Assembly: GCF_006345805.1 (NCBI RefSeq)
Contig: NC_043019.1
Coordinates: 22,195,360-22,259,359, forward strand
DNA: 64,000 bases
Source: Octopus sinensis
Taxonomy: Eukaryota
Direction: 5' to 3'
The position numbers and the translations under genes were made by a program. Each line of letters begins with the position of its first letter. Position 1 is the first letter of the stretch. Shown here in pieces: positions 35,584-50,234 of the stretch. The notes under the pieces are model-generated. The model had not been told where the DNA came from, did not search any database, and was given only the letters and a program-made list of their open reading frames with translations.

Positions 35584-37032
35584 ACTCACACACACTCACA
35601 TGCATGCGCATACACACACATGCACACATAATGGTTCAGTTTCCATCCACCGTATCCACTTCCAAGGCTTTGGTTGGCTTGAGACCTTAGCAGAAGACAT
35701 TTACCCAAGATGCCATGTAGTGGAACTGAACCTAAAATCACGTGGCTGGCAAGCCTTCTTAACCATGCAACTGTAAAATTTATGTTATAAAATTATAAAA
35801 CCCATTAAATTAATCAACTTCAATCTTGTGTACATAAACCTAATCACCATTAATTCAGTTGGAAAGCACCAGTGAGAAAAACTACAATAAGAGACACTTA
35901 TTGCAGTGGTCCTTTATTTTTTTCAGCCCTGTAAAAGAACTCGGATGGTTTGGCCTCCAACCAGGAACTTTTCAGGTACTTTTCAGCACCCCTCATATTT
36001 TTCAAAACACATCATCACCAAAACAGGTCAGCTGTGCCAAATCATCAATGTCAAGCAGCTGAGCCTGACTGTCTCATTCCAATTTTCCACACTGTAATTG
36101 CTTTAGTTTCAATATACCTTCTCAACACACTTGCTAGACAAGCACATCTCTTTTCATACAGTTCTTCATTATTTCCTGTGAGGCTACTTCCATATTCTCT
36201 ATGACCTTCACATGATGGCCATAGCTGATAAATTATTTACCTTAGCTGCCTCTGCCTTCAATAAGTTATTTGAAAGCATGATATATGTAGGAAGCCTCGA
36301 CATATGAAATTACATCTTCATTAATTGTATCATGTATTAATAGTAAGTTATTGGTATTTGAAGGTAGGTAAACTGCTTCTATAAGAATGCAGACCTGAAA
36401 GGTGTCAAAATGCCAGACCTGAAACATTTCCAATTACCAATAATGTTTTAGTGTCAAGGCTATGTTCTACACTAGGCAATGTCAAGGCAAATTTTCTACA
36501 GCTGGATACCCTTGCTGTCACTAACACTCACCTGTTTCTAAGTAAGGTAATATTTTCCTATGAATGGACATGTTCTCACAGAATACTGGAAGTTAGGATA
36601 CCACTTGCATGATATATGTGTGTGTGTGTATGTGTGTGTGTGTGTGTGTGTGTATGTATATATCTATATACACACACAATAGTGTTCCATCAATTTCTGT
36701 CTACCAAATCCATTCTTAAGGCTACAGTAAAAGACACTTGCTTAAGGTGCCATGCAGTGGGACTGTACCTGTAAAACTACGTGGTTGGGAAGCAATCTTG
36801 TTACTACACTGCCAACTTGTGGTACATATATATCTGCAAGGAGATACAGGCCCATTAAATCCATAATCTGTGCTGAGTCTGACGAGCCCATTGTTATATT
36901 GAATAGGTTCATGAAATCAGCCCTAACCTAATTCTGATCATTATAGTTTATCAAGGTCATCCTAGCAGTCAGAATAATATCTATAACCAACTTAGGGATA
37001 ACTCTGGTAGAGTTCCATAAGGGTAATGTAAC

Positions 37033-37093
<61 letters not shown>

Positions 37094-40000
37094 TCTCTTT
37101 CTCTTTTACTTGTTTCAGTCATTTGACTGCGGCCATGCTGGAGCACCGCCTTTAGTCGAGCAAATCGACCCCGGGACTTATTCTTTGTAAGCCTAGTACT
37201 TATTCTATCGGTCTCTTCTGCCGAACCGCTAAGTAACGGGGACGTAAACACACCAGCATCGGTTGTCAAGGAATGCTAGAGGGACAAACACAGACACACA
37301 CATACATATATATATATATACATATATACGACAGGCTTCTTTCAGTTTCCGTCTACCAAATCCACTCACAAGGCATCGGTCGGCCCGGGGCTATAGCAGA
37401 AGACACTTGCCCAAAATGTCACGCAGTGGGACTGAACCCGGAACCATGTGGTTGGTAAGCAAGCTACTTACCACACAGCCACTCCTGATATATATATATC
37501 TTTTTCTTATCATCATCGTTTAGCGTCCGTTTTCCATGCTAGCATGGGTTGGATGGACAGTTCAACTGGGGTCCGGGAAGCCAGGAGGCTGCACCAGGCT
37601 CCAGTCTGATCTGGCAGTGTTTCTACAGCTGGATGTCCTTCCTAATGCCAACCAATCAGTGAGCGTAGTGGGTGTTTTTTATGTGCCAGGGGAGGCTGGA
37701 AACGGCCAGGACTGGTTGGTGCTTTTTATGTGCCACCGGCACGGAAGCCAGTCAAGGCGGCACTGGCATTGGTCACGTTCGGATGGTGTTTTTTACATGC
37801 CACCGGCACAGGTATCACAACTACAGTTTCCATGCATACATACAGCCATTTGGCTGTATGTATGTATGTATGTATATATATATATGTACGTGTGTGTGTG
37901 TGTATCTTTGTGTTGGTGTTTGTACCTCACTATCGCTTGACAAGCGGTGTTGGTGTGTTTATGTTCCCGTAACCTAGCGGTTCGGCATAAGTAATCGATA
38001 AAATAAGTACTAGGCTTTTAAAAAAAGTCCCGGTGTCGATTTGCTCGACTAAAACCCTTCGAGGCGGTGCTCCAACATGGCCACATTCAAATGACGGAAA
38101 CAATTAGAATACGTATAAACATGTATGTATAAAAGATACACACACACACATTATATATATATAAGATATATACACACACACACATATATATACATATATA
38201 TAGATATATATATATACACACATATATACATATTCATACATACATACATGCATACATACATACATGCATACGTACGTACATACGTCCGTACGTACGCGCA
38301 CATTTGTGTTTTGTGATGTGCTAAGCGGCTTTCGCCTGTCACAGTTTCATTAACGTTAATTGCGAGCACCCAGCAGAACGATAGTCCACAACAAAAATCT
38401 AAGCAAAAACAAACAATATTGCAAAACAGATAATGAGTACCATTTTATATTGTCCCAGTCCCATGTAGAAACTGTAAAACTATCGCAGATGACTGTCTGC
38501 CAATGACAGCAGTAAAGTGTATATTTTTATACTTATGTTGTATGAGAGTCAAAGATCTGTTTTATTTTGGTGTATTTTAGGTTGTAAACAGCAAGAAAAA
38601 AGTGGAGCTGTCTTCCCCTACACACAAAAAAAATATCATTATTGATTAATATTTCTACGACTCTTTTATTTTATTTCGATTCTTCATTTTTGTGCCTTCT
38701 TTCTTGTTGCTAACGCAGTTGGATTACTTGATTAAAAGAAGAACAGATAACACACACACACACACACACATACATACATACATATATACATACATACACA
38801 CACACACGCATATACATACATACACATACATATACACTATCCATTACCGCCACCGACACGTACTTACATACATTCATGTAAACACGCACACAACTTCTTT
38901 GGATCCAAATGTGAGATATTGTGAGCGTGTATATACATACATACATACATACATACATACATACACATACTCGTACATTTTGTGTATCTGATATTTTATC
39001 CACTACCTTTCTTTTGCGATCTGTACCGGGACTACCAACATTTCAACTATGTTATCTGCTAACCCAACTCACTTCCCGGGGCTTCGTCTTACTTTTAAAC
39101 ACTTTAAATAAACAAACCGAAAAAAAAAAAACCTCCCAGAAACGAAAGGAAACATACACACACAGACACACACGTTATTTTATATATATATATATATATA
39201 TATACGTATGTATATATGGAATTTCAATCTCATGTGTAGATATATATATATATAATGTTTCTGTATGTAAACAAATGAAATAAGTAGCTTTTGGCGGCAG
39301 CATAATAATAATATGAAAGAACTGACTACATTATTATTTAATCTGATTTCGTTGCCATTCTGACACCGTCCAAACAGGAAAGACCGAAAGAAGTAAAAAA
39401 AAAAAAAAAATCTGCTCATGTCTGGAAATGTCACTCGATTTCTTGTCTCCTTCATCGGATATTACACTGGATAATTATCTCCATGCACACATATAACTTA
39501 ATACACACGCACACACGATAATTATGCGCATATATCTGTATGTATATGTGTTTAAATCATAGCTTATATATATATTTTTTGAAACTATTTATCTTTTACA
39601 CACATACAAATAGACATACATCCATACGTACGTACAAATATATAAGCATACGTACGTACATACATACATTTATTGGTACATAAACACATGCTCAATGAAT
39701 AAGCGAACTGTTTTGATATTCTAAAGGAATATATTATATTTGCTTTCTGGTAATGAAAACCAAAAGAAAAATAATTGTGATGATGATGATGATGGTAATA
39801 ATGATGATTGTGGTTAAAGGTTAGTTTTAATTTGCTTTTCAGGCTCTACAAAAACACATATACATACATTTATATGTATATATATGTGCATGTACATACA
39901 GATATGCACCCACACAGATGTATGCATACATAGTGTGGTGTGTATATAATATTCCATTCCCATCTTAGAAAGGGCTTCCATTTGAACCTGGCTGGCATAT

Positions 40001-40226
40001 TGCTTTGCACCCAACGACCCTGCTCTCAGATGTGATCACTTCTCGCATCTTGATGGAAAATAACACCTAAACCCCTAAAATTTATTCTTTCTCCTTACAA
40101 TCTATATTTATTGCTTTCTAACATCGCCTTCAACAACTCATCATTTTCCTTCTTATTCGCCGTTAATCCACAAATTTTGAATGAAGCCCTTATAAAATAG
40201 TAAAACAACGTTTTATATATACACAC

Positions 40227-40278
<52 letters not shown>

Positions 40279-41118
40279 CACACATCCAATCACAAAACAT
40301 CCGTTGCGCGCGCGCGTATTATATATGTATATATATATATTTATGTATATATATGTATGTAGAAATATATTCTTCCCGTAGGGAAAAAACCAGACCAAAA
40401 ATAAACCCAAAGGTTGTTCACTTTGTTGTCGACTTAAAAATATACCCGTCCCCCAATTTTGTTTTTGTCTTTTTTTACTAATTAATTAATTAAATTAATT
40501 AATGTTCACATGAATTTTTAAAATCATTTTTTTAATACCCTACCATTTATTCTACAAGTTAACTTCATTTATTTATTTGAACCATTTTTCAATATTTCCC
40601 CATCACGAAAATTGGGACTTCTTTTCGTTTCTATTCCATTTAATTATCCTTCCTTCCTTTTTTTTTTTTTTTTTAATTCAAACATACGATATCTGATGAT
40701 GTTCGGATCCCTAAGGCCAGCTTGCTCTATACTTTCTGCAAGAACACACACGTTAAATAGACCATCATTACAAACATTATCATCTTCATCATCAGTGACA
40801 GCAGAAACTTCATATTTTACATTCTGAAGGGGACATATTATCTGATTAAAAAAAGAAAAAGAAACAAAGCGACATGCAAAAAGAAAAAGGCCAAGAAATT
40901 TACACCCAATTTACACATGATTGTAATTAACAACTACAATAATTATAAACTGCGAGAAAAGAAAAAGAACGTTTGTGAAAGTTATATAATCCCTGCTTCG
41001 ATGTTCGGGAACAAAACACGATTAAAAGACATTTTGGTTTGCAGTAGCAACCGTCTAAAGAAAGAAAACGGAGGTGTACAGGAAAAAAATAGTTTAATAT
41101 CCAGCCAAATCTAACTTA

Positions 41119-42267
41119 ATGAAGATGCTACCATGTAGTTACACGAAGGGAGGAGAATTTGGACAGCGAGAGCTGTTGGAAGCGATCTCCTACGATGATG
41201 TGGACAAAGTCCGAAGATATATCAAAGAAAAGAATGTCTGTCCATGTTTTGTCCTGGAAGGCTACAGTCCTATATGTGTGGCTTCCGAACGAGGTAATAT
41301 CGATGTATTAAATATGCTTATTGAGGCTAACTGTGATTTGGCCCAACCTGACTTTACAGACCACATTTGGTTTCGGCGACCTATCCATATCGCCGCTGCC
41401 AAGGGTCACTTGAACTATGTCCAGGCCCTTTTAAAAGTCGGTGTCGATGTCGACTGTCGAGACGGTGATGAGAAGACGGCACTGCACTGGGCTTCGACTC
41501 ATGGACATGTTCAAATTGCGGAATATTTAATCAGAATGGGGGCCAGTGTGAACATAGCTCAGATGGACCGTTTTACACCACTCCATGCTGCTACGTGCCT
41601 GGGACATTTGGATATTTGTGAACTGCTTATTCGGTATGGTGCCAAAGTCGATATGGTCGACAGAGACGGGTGGGCACCTATACACACGTCAACATGTTAC
41701 GGTTACATAAAGGTTGTGGAAATGTTGATTCGGGTGAGTGCCGATATTAATCGAACTACAAACGATAACGAAACGGCTCTTCACATAGCGGCTAGCTGCG
41801 GACATTTACACATAGTGAAACTCTTAGTTAGCTGTGGAATCGATGTAGAGGGACAAACCCTTCACGGTTTCACTGCATTCCACCTGGCTGTTTATCACAA
41901 TAGGTATGAAGTGGCTAAATATTTAATTACCGAAAACGTTAAACTTAACACAGCCAACAACGCAGGACATTCGCCGCTCTACACTGCCACATTGAGGGCA
42001 GATTCGAAAATGATCAAATTACTTGTACATTCTGGTTACAATGTAAACTCTGAGAGTTGGTTGCGGTTAAAGAACCCTCCCTTTCGGGTCAGTCCTCATG
42101 AGGAAGTTATGCTATGGCTTTTGGAACTGGTTGGTAACCCTAAATCTCTCACCGATATATGTGCCCTCACTATTCGCCAACAACTAGGAAGGCGATTGGA
42201 CAAGGTGAACGATTTAAATCTTCCAACGCAATTAAAAGAGTTGATTTCATTTGACTTTTTAAGGTAG
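41119..42267 (+). CDS. Ankyrin repeat and SOCS box protein (ASB-like), single coding exon, 382 aa
   Basis: About 9 ankyrin repeats (TALHWAS, TPLHAAT, TALHIAA, TAFHLAV...) plus C-terminal SOCS box PKSLTDICALTIRQQL...LNLPTQLKELI. Confidence 0.92.
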   Translation: MKMLPCSYTKGGEFGQRELLEAISYDDVDKVRRYIKEKNVCPCFVLEGYSPICVASERGNIDVLNMLIEANCDLAQPDFTDHIWFRRPIHIAAAKGHLNYVQALLKVGVDVDCRDGDEKTALHWASTHGHVQIAEYLIRMGASVNIAQMDRFTPLHAATCLGHLDICELLIRYGAKVDMVDRDGWAPIHTSTCYGYIKVVEMLIRVSADINRTTNDNETALHIAASCGHLHIVKLLVSCGIDVEGQTLHGFTAFHLAVYHNRYEVAKYLITENVKLNTANNAGHSPLYTATLRADSKMIKLLVHSGYNVNSESWLRLKNPPFRVSPHEEVMLWLLELVGNPKSLTDICALTIRQQLGRRLDKVNDLNLPTQLKELISFDFLR

Positions 42268-43780
42268 CTTCAAAAAAAAAAAGCAAAAAATTTATAATAA
42301 TAATGTGTATTTATATTGTGTTGATATGACTGTTATATGTATATGTTTTTGTGTATAATTTAGATAAAAGCTATAGGTTGAATTCTCAAAAAGAAAAAAA
42401 AAAAAATCATGGAAAATATTCATTTAATTATTTTTTTTTGGTCTCTCATTCATATAAAATTTGTTACTCCTTAAAATTATTTTTGGTATTTTTTATCAAA
42501 ATTTTTCATTGTTTCTCAAAGAAGTTTTACTTCAGCAGCTGTCTTCTAAAAAGAAAAAGAAAAATTATAATAATAATAATGATAATAATAATAACAATAA
42601 TAAAACATTTGCTAATTTTTATTTTTATTTTTTTTATTATTTTTCTCATCCCTTTATCAGGTTGGAAAAAAAAAATGAGGTGAAATAACTTTACTCACTC
42701 GTGTACATCTATTAAAGGTTCGTTGTTGTTGTTTAAACGCACTCCCTTTCTTCAGGGTAGACTTGCGATTAAAGACGGTTTTGATTAACTATTTTGTCTT
42801 TTTTGCAGACAGTGATTTTAGAACATTACACACGTCCTATTTTTAGAGTCTAGGATTTGGTGCGAGTGAAAATTGGCTGCTATTTCTAGCGTATCGACCA
42901 TCCACATAGAACAAGAATCTGTAATGGCTCGATCTTTATATTTTGTTTTTGAATTAACCTATTCCTATTTCTTTATTACCCACAAGGGGCTAAACATAGA
43001 AGGGACAAACAAGGACAGACATAGGTATTAAGTCGATTACATCGACCCCGGTGCAGAACTGGTACTTAATTTATCGACCCCGAAAGGATGAAAGGCAAAG
43101 TCAACCTCAGCGGAATTTGAACTCACAACGTAATTCCATCATACCATACATCTAAGATATCCCTGTGTAAACCCCTTTGCCCATTCTCAATAATAGCAAT
43201 ACATATTTATCTTTTACTTGCACTAGTCATTGGATTGTGGCCATGCTGGGGCACCACCTTGAAGCTTTAGTTGAGTAAATCAACGTCAGTATTTTTTTTT
43301 AAGTCTGTCACTTGATGAACTGCTAAGTTACAAGGATGTAAGCAAAACAACATTCATTGTCAAGCAGTGGTGGGTCATAATCATAAAGACACTTGTCCAT
43401 ACAGGCATGTATATGTATATATATATCTATCTGTCTATCTGTCTGTCTAGTTGTGTATTAAGGTTACCTTTGGTTAAGAAAATATCTAAATATCTCAAGC
43501 TGATCACATGGAGGAGGAATGGTGTATGTGTGTGTGAATATATCATCATCATCGTTTAACGTCCGCTTTCCATGCTAGCACGGGTTAGACGGTTCAACTG
43601 GGGTCTGGGAAGCCTGAAGGCTGCACCAAGCCCGGTCAGATCTGGCAGTGTTTCTACAGCTGGATGCCCTTCCTAACGCCAACCACTCCGTGAGTGTAGT
43701 GGGTGCTTTTTACGTGCCAGACGAGGCTGGTGAACGGCCACGCTCGGATGGTGCTTTTTACGTGCCACACATATATATAT

Positions 43781-43821
<41 letters not shown>

Positions 43822-46149
43822 AATACACATACACACACACACACATATAGGTATATTTATACTACAGGCTTCTTTCAGCTCCCATCTTCTAAATCCACTC
43901 ACAAGGCTTTTGTTGGCCTCGGGCAATAGTAGATGACATTTGCCCAAGGTACTGCACAGTGAGACTTGAGCTCCAAACCATATGGTTGTAAAGAGAGCTT
44001 CTTAACCACACAGCCATACCTAAGCAAACATTAAATCATGATGTAAAAGTAATGTTGGCCCCAAATTTATATTAGATTAAAAAAAATTTTTTTTTAAAGT
44101 TCAAGACCCACAAAAAACACTCCAGTGGTCCCTTTGTGGGCTACAGTTTACCTGTGACTGGCCCCTGATATAGATGTCTCCTCTTTAGTTTTGATAGGTG
44201 ATTCATGTTGCCATCTAGCCTTAAGTCAACCCTGATTGAGGATATTCCAGTTGTGACCATCACATCTGATCTGATATTTTTGCTTTTTCTGTAAAGATAG
44301 TAGAATGATGGACAGATAATCAAAGAATGATTTGGTTGCTATTTTTAGCTGGTCAATCAACCAACCATCCAGTGGCTCTCTCATAAACATGCAATGAAGT
44401 GAGTGTGAAGTTGAATTGCTAAGGAGATAAGATCATGAATTACAAGTCTGAGGGTACAGGGTTCAAATCCACCTCATGCAGACAGGACATGTTCTATAGT
44501 CACCAGGTCATCACATGCTGTTGTTGTTCAGCCCCAGGTCAGCCATGACTTAGCATATCTATAATCAAAAGTGCTCTAGCCATGATGAACATCCTATCAT
44601 TTGCTTTAAATATCCAGAGTGTTCTTGAAACAATAGGGCACAGTCTAAATTAAGAAGTTTATTTTACCTCCATGTGGTTTAGGCTTTCAACCCCGTTACG
44701 TGTCACTTTAGGGACATTTTCTACTGCAGCCTTGGGTGAACCGGTGCCATATGCAATTTGGTAGACATGTAATCATGTAGGAGTTTGCAGATGGACTGTT
44801 CTTGCTCTGTGGCAGTTGACTTAATCCTTCACATGGATTAACACCACAACATGGTTTTTCAGAAACCATTTTGTTTGAAGCATTCAGATCAGGTTTTTAA
44901 TCTAAAAAAATCTTCTTCCTGTGATTCAGGAGACCCTTGAAAAGATCAGGTGCACTGCTTGAATTCATGCAACTGAACCTTAAAAAAAAAAGAGGAACAA
45001 GCATAAAGAAAACAAATCCAGTTGTTTGACCCTTTTCTTGCCATAGTCAAGTACATCAACATCAAAAATCAATGGAAATTGTAGTTGTGATCCCTGTGCC
45101 GGTGGCATGTAAAAAGTATCATCCGAACGTGGCCGATGCCAGTGCTGCCTTGACTGGCTTCCGTGCCGGTGGCATATAAAAAGCACCAACCGATCGTGGC
45201 CGTTGCCAGCCTCGCCTGGCACCTGTGCCGGTGGCACATAAAAAGCACCCACTACACTTACGGAGTGGATGGTGTTAGGAAGGGCATCCAGTTGTAGAAA
45301 TACTGACAGATCAGACTGGAGCATGATGCAGCCTTCTGGCTTCCCAGATCCCAGTTGAACCGTCCAACCCATGCTAGCATGGAAAATGGATGTTAAACGA
45401 TGATGATGATGTGTCCATGTTTCAGTGAATTTTGAAAATAATGAAGAATATTGAAAAATAATTTTGTCATTATTAAACTTGCTTCCCAAGCACATGGTCC
45501 CAGGTTCAGTCCCACTGCATGGTACTTTGGGCAAGTGTCTTCTTTAGCCCTGGGCTGACCAAAGCCTTGTGAGTGGATTTGGTAGACAGAAACTGAAAGA
45601 AGCCTACTATATATGTATATATATATAAAAAGGGAAAGTTTACGAAAATAAACAAAAGACGAAGGCAGGTGGAGTACAAAACAAACAAATGTATTAGTAT
45701 AGTGCTCAGGAATAGAAAAAGTCTTTTACGTTTTGAGCAGAAAGATACACAGAAAATAACATGGAGAGAAAAAAATGCATGTAGCAGCTAACGATCTATC
45801 ATGGCGTATATATATATGAATATGTGTGTGTGTCTGTGTTTGTCCTGACCCCTCTGCTTGACAAATGGTATTGGTATGTTTATGTCCCCATAACTTAGTG
45901 GTTTGATAAAAGAGATCGACAGAATAAGTACCTGGCTTAAAAAAAACTGGTACTGGTTGCAGTCTAATGACTAAAACCAGTAAAAGATAAAAGATGCAAT
46001 TTTGTTGAAAGAAGGTTTTAATTTTAATCATTTCAAAACTAGAAGATTGTCTCATAGCAGCAGGGGTCATCTCCAGGATGTTGGTATCAAAAGAGTTAAA
46101 CGGTAACTTTGGTAACATAAAAATCCCTCACCATTTTCATAATTTTTTT

Positions 46150-46933
46150 TTACCTTTAGGCTTCTCACTTACTGAGCAGGATCATTTACCTGATGGAAAG
46201 AGAGTCTTATCTACTTTCTTGCTAACAACAACTTTAGTCTTTGCTTGGTTAACTTTAACCCTTTTGTTACTAACCCGGCCAAAACCGGCTCTGGCTCTGT
46301 GGTAAAATGTCTTGTCATAAGTTTTGAATTAAAATCTTCCACCAAACCTTAGTCACAATTTATGTTCCTAACACTAGCTGAATGATAAGTAAGTTATTTT
46401 ACTAAATTCTTTGTTATATTTAAAATGATTGTAAGAAAGACAAAGCATCTCAAAATAAATACAGTAATGAAAGGGTTAAGGTCCTTTGATTCCAGGTTTT
46501 GTTTCTTCTCCAATTCTGCTTCAGATACTGTAATAAGAGCAAGATCATCAGCATATAGCAATTCCCATGGGCATCCAGTTTTGAATTCCTCTGTTATGGC
46601 CTGGAGAAGTAGTATAAATAAGAGTGGACTAGGAACTGATCTCTGGTGAATTCCAACTTGTATGCTAAATTCATCACTGTATTCAAAGTCAACTCTTGAC
46701 TGGCTTCCGTGTTGGTGGCACGTAAAAAGCACCAACTGATCGTGTCCGTTACCTGCCTCCTCTGGCCCCTGTGGCAGTGGCATGTAAAAAGCACCCACTA
46801 TACTCATGGAGTGGTTGCTGTTAGGAAGGGCATCCAGCTGCAGAAACACTGCCAGACCCCAGTCAAATCATCAAACCCATGCTAGCATGGGAAATGGACG
46901 TTAAATGATGATGGTGATGATGATGATGATGAA
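46150..46933. mobile_element. RTE LINE insertion with inverted 5' part (RT on -, 3' UTR/tail on +)
   Basis: VGIHQRSVPSPLLF..WELLYADDL on minus up to ~46695, then the plus-strand 3' UTR ending in (GAT)n. Confidence 0.7.
46259..46475. mobile_element. piggyBac-type MITE (same family as 6237-6457)
   Basis: TTAA TSDs 46255-46258 / 46476-46479; removal restores RT frame LESKDLKVNQAKTKV. Confidence 0.88.
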
Positions 46934-46992
<59 letters not shown>

Positions 46993-47339
46993 TATATATA
47001 TAGACTAGCTTAAAAATTGCACTCCATGCAGACTTTTCAGCTACCTCCTGCAGAAGTCTAATTGGGCCTGCAGCCCAAAACCAAAGCGAGCAATAGTAAT
47101 AAAGCATTTATTGGTACCCTACCAATATGAGTTCTTTTAAAATTTGAAATTTCAACTTTTAGCATATAACAAATCCTCATCCAGATCTGATCCGAATGCT
47201 GGATGTTTTCAATCCCAGAATCATCCTGATTCCAAAAAGGTATGATAAGTCTTTGTAGAGCAAGTGTAGACTGAGATACAAAGGTCCCGGACAGATGCAT
47301 TTTTTCTTCTTCTTCTTCTTATTATATATATATATATAA

Positions 47340-47668
47340 GCACATGGCTCAGTGGTTAGAGCATCGAGCTTACGATCGGTGGGGTCGTGAGTTTGAATCC
47401 CGGACTGGGCTGCATGTTGTGTTCTTGAGCAAGACACTTTATTTCACGTTGCTCCAGTTAACTCAGCTGTAGAAACGAGTTGTGACATCACAGGTGCCAA
47501 GCTGTATCAGCCTTTGCCCTTCTCCTGGATAACACTGGTGGCATGGAGAGAGGAGGCCGGTATGCACGGGCAACACTAGTCTTCCATAAACACCCTTGCC
47601 CGGACTTGTACCTAGGAGGGTAACTTTCTGGATGCAATCCTATGGTCATTCATGACCGAAGGGGTTCT
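47340..47668 (+). mobile_element. tRNA-derived CORE-like SINE, second family
   Basis: A box TGGCTCAGTGG, B box GTTTGAATCC, then CTTGAGCAAGACACTT..TTGCTCCAG..CTCAGCTG domain. Confidence 0.75.
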
Positions 47669-47950
47669 TAGTCTTATATATATATATATATATGATTCCT
47701 AATCCTCTGCATACCACTTTCAGATTCTTTGCCCATCACTCAAAGACCCATTATACATGCCATATTTCCTGCTTTTATTCATGGTAGCGAAAGTATACTT
47801 CCAAAGTTACCTGTCCTATGACAAGTAACCCTCTGGTCAAAGAATAAAGGAATGGTTATGATCAGAAGGCTTTTCAACATAGACCTTCTCAATTCTGTAG
47901 CCAGGAGTTGGGTTAAACACAGAACGACAACTGTTTTGATGAACAACTAG

Positions 47951-48625
47951 AACCAACTGACCAACCAACCAACCAACCAACCAACCAACTGACCAACTAG
48001 CCAACCGACCAGCCATCCAATCAACCAACCAGCCAACCAACCAACCAACCAGCCATCCAACCGACCAACCAACCAACCAGCCAACCAACCAACCAACCAA
48101 CCATCCAACCAACCAACCAACCAACCAACCAACCAACCAGCAAACCAACCATCCAACCAACCAACCAACCAACCAACCATCCAACCAGCAAACCAACCAT
48201 CCAACCAACCAACCAACCAGCCAGCCAACCAACCAACCAACCATCCAACCAGCAAACCAACCATCCAACCAACCAGCCAGCCAACCAACCAACAAACCAA
48301 CCAACCAACCAGCCAGCCAACCAACCAACAAACCAACCAACCACCAACCATCCAACCAGCAAATCAACCATCCAACCATCCAACCATCCAACCATCCAAC
48401 CAACCAACCATCCAACCAACCATCCAACCAACCAACCAACCAACCAACCATCCAACCAACCAACCATCCAACCAACCATCCAACCAACCAACCAACCAAC
48501 CAGCAAATAACCATCCAACCAACCAACCAACCAACCATCCAACCATCGAACCAACCAACCATCCAACCAACCAACCATCCAACCAACCATCCAACCAACC
48601 AACCAACCAACCAACCAACCAACCA
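47951..48625. repeat. (AACC)n/(ATCC)/(AGCC) tetranucleotide satellite
   Basis: Directly visible. Confidence 0.95.
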
Positions 48626-49320
48626 GGCTCCTGGTTTAATTACTCTGTTTGCTGAACCATACCTGTCATCATTAACATATTAAACAAATTATCCATATGT
48701 ATGCGACCTTGAATTCACATTTTTTCTGCTGATTGGAATTTTTTTTCATTTTTCATTTTATTTCTGTTTTTTTTTTTTGTCAAGGATCGCATTTTGAGAC
48801 TACGATGGTAATTATAATGACATCATTGATTTGATAAAACCACATCGTAATTCATTAATTAAATAATTCATCATCACTATCATCACCATCGTCGTTGTCG
48901 TCATCATCATCATCATCATCATCATCATCTTCTTCGTTCTTCTTCTTCTTCGTTGTTGTTCTTCTCCTCCTTCTTCTTCTTTTTCTCTTCCTTGTTCTTC
49001 TTTTTCTTCTTGTTCTTGTTCTTGTTCTTCCTATTAAACTGGCCAGGTAACTTCACAGCAGGTCCAAGGTTATTCCAGTGGACAGATAACAAATACTAGC
49101 AAATTGGCTTCTGCTTTAATGAACAAATTAACTGGTTCTCTGCTGAAGCTGATCATCTAGGTGGTGGTAGCAGCAGTGGTGGTGGTGGTGGTGGTGGTGG
49201 TGGTGGAAGTGACCTGGTTTTTGTTTGTTCAGGAAGGAAGGCCATATTTTAAGCAACCATTTTTTATTTTCCTAAGACTTACTAGAACAAAGAAAATGGA
49301 AAACTGGGAAGTAAATGTTC

Positions 49321-49360
<40 letters not shown>

Positions 49361-50234
49361 CGTAGGAGTGGCTGTGTGGTAAGTAGCTTGCTTACCAACC
49401 ACATGGTTCTGGGTTCAGTCCCACTGCGTGGCACCTTGGGCAAGTGTCTTCTACTGTAGTTCGGGCCTACCAAAGCCTTGTGAGTGGATTTAGTAGACAG
49501 AAACTGAAAGAATCCCGTTGTATATATGTATATATATATGTATGTGTATGTATACGTTTGTGTGTCTATGTTTGTCCCCCCAACGTCGTTTGACAACCGA
49601 TGCTGGTGTGTTCACTGGTTCGGTAAAAGAGACCGATAGAATAAGTACTAGGCTTACAAAGAATAAGTCTTGGGGTCGATTTGCTTGACTAAAGATGGTG
49701 CTCCAGCATGGCCACAGTTAAATGACTGAAACAAGTAGAAGGGTAAAAAAATACATGCATGTATATACATATGCTTATATAGGTATATATGGATATATAT
49801 ACAGATATATGGATATATATCATATATAAGCAGAAAGTGTAACCTCTTGAAAGAGCTGTTCTTCACTCCTGCTCCAGAGCGCCGGCTGCGGGGTCACTCC
49901 GAAAAGCTCTATCTGCGACAATTTCATCTCAATCGAAGGAGAGGGGCTTTCTCCATCCGGGTTGCGGATCTGTGGAATAAGCTGCCGGACGAGTTAGTGA
50001 AGATGCCGACGACCGCTCGGTTCAAAGTCTCTCTTGATCAGAAATGGCCTGAACTCTTTGCATGACCACCCTCCCTGTACATAACTCCATGTCCCCCTAC
50101 ATTGCCTTGCTTTTTGCTTTTTTGAGCCAAAAAATTAACTTAACTTATATGCATATATGGATATACATACATGTATAATATAATGAAACATAATATCAGT
50201 AGTATAGTATAAGATCAAGCTTCACTGATGATTT

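Noticed and set aside
36872-36945. CTGACGA ... GAAA-TCAG/CTGA-TC hammerhead candidate
   Set aside because: Stem II does not close next to GAAA and stem I is only ~3 weak pairs; single copy.
47340-47415. tRNA-like sequence
   Set aside because: A/B boxes present but no closed acceptor stem; continues into a SINE body.
47837-48622. LVGW-repeat ORFs
   Set aside because: (GGTT)n satellite lacking stops in these frames.
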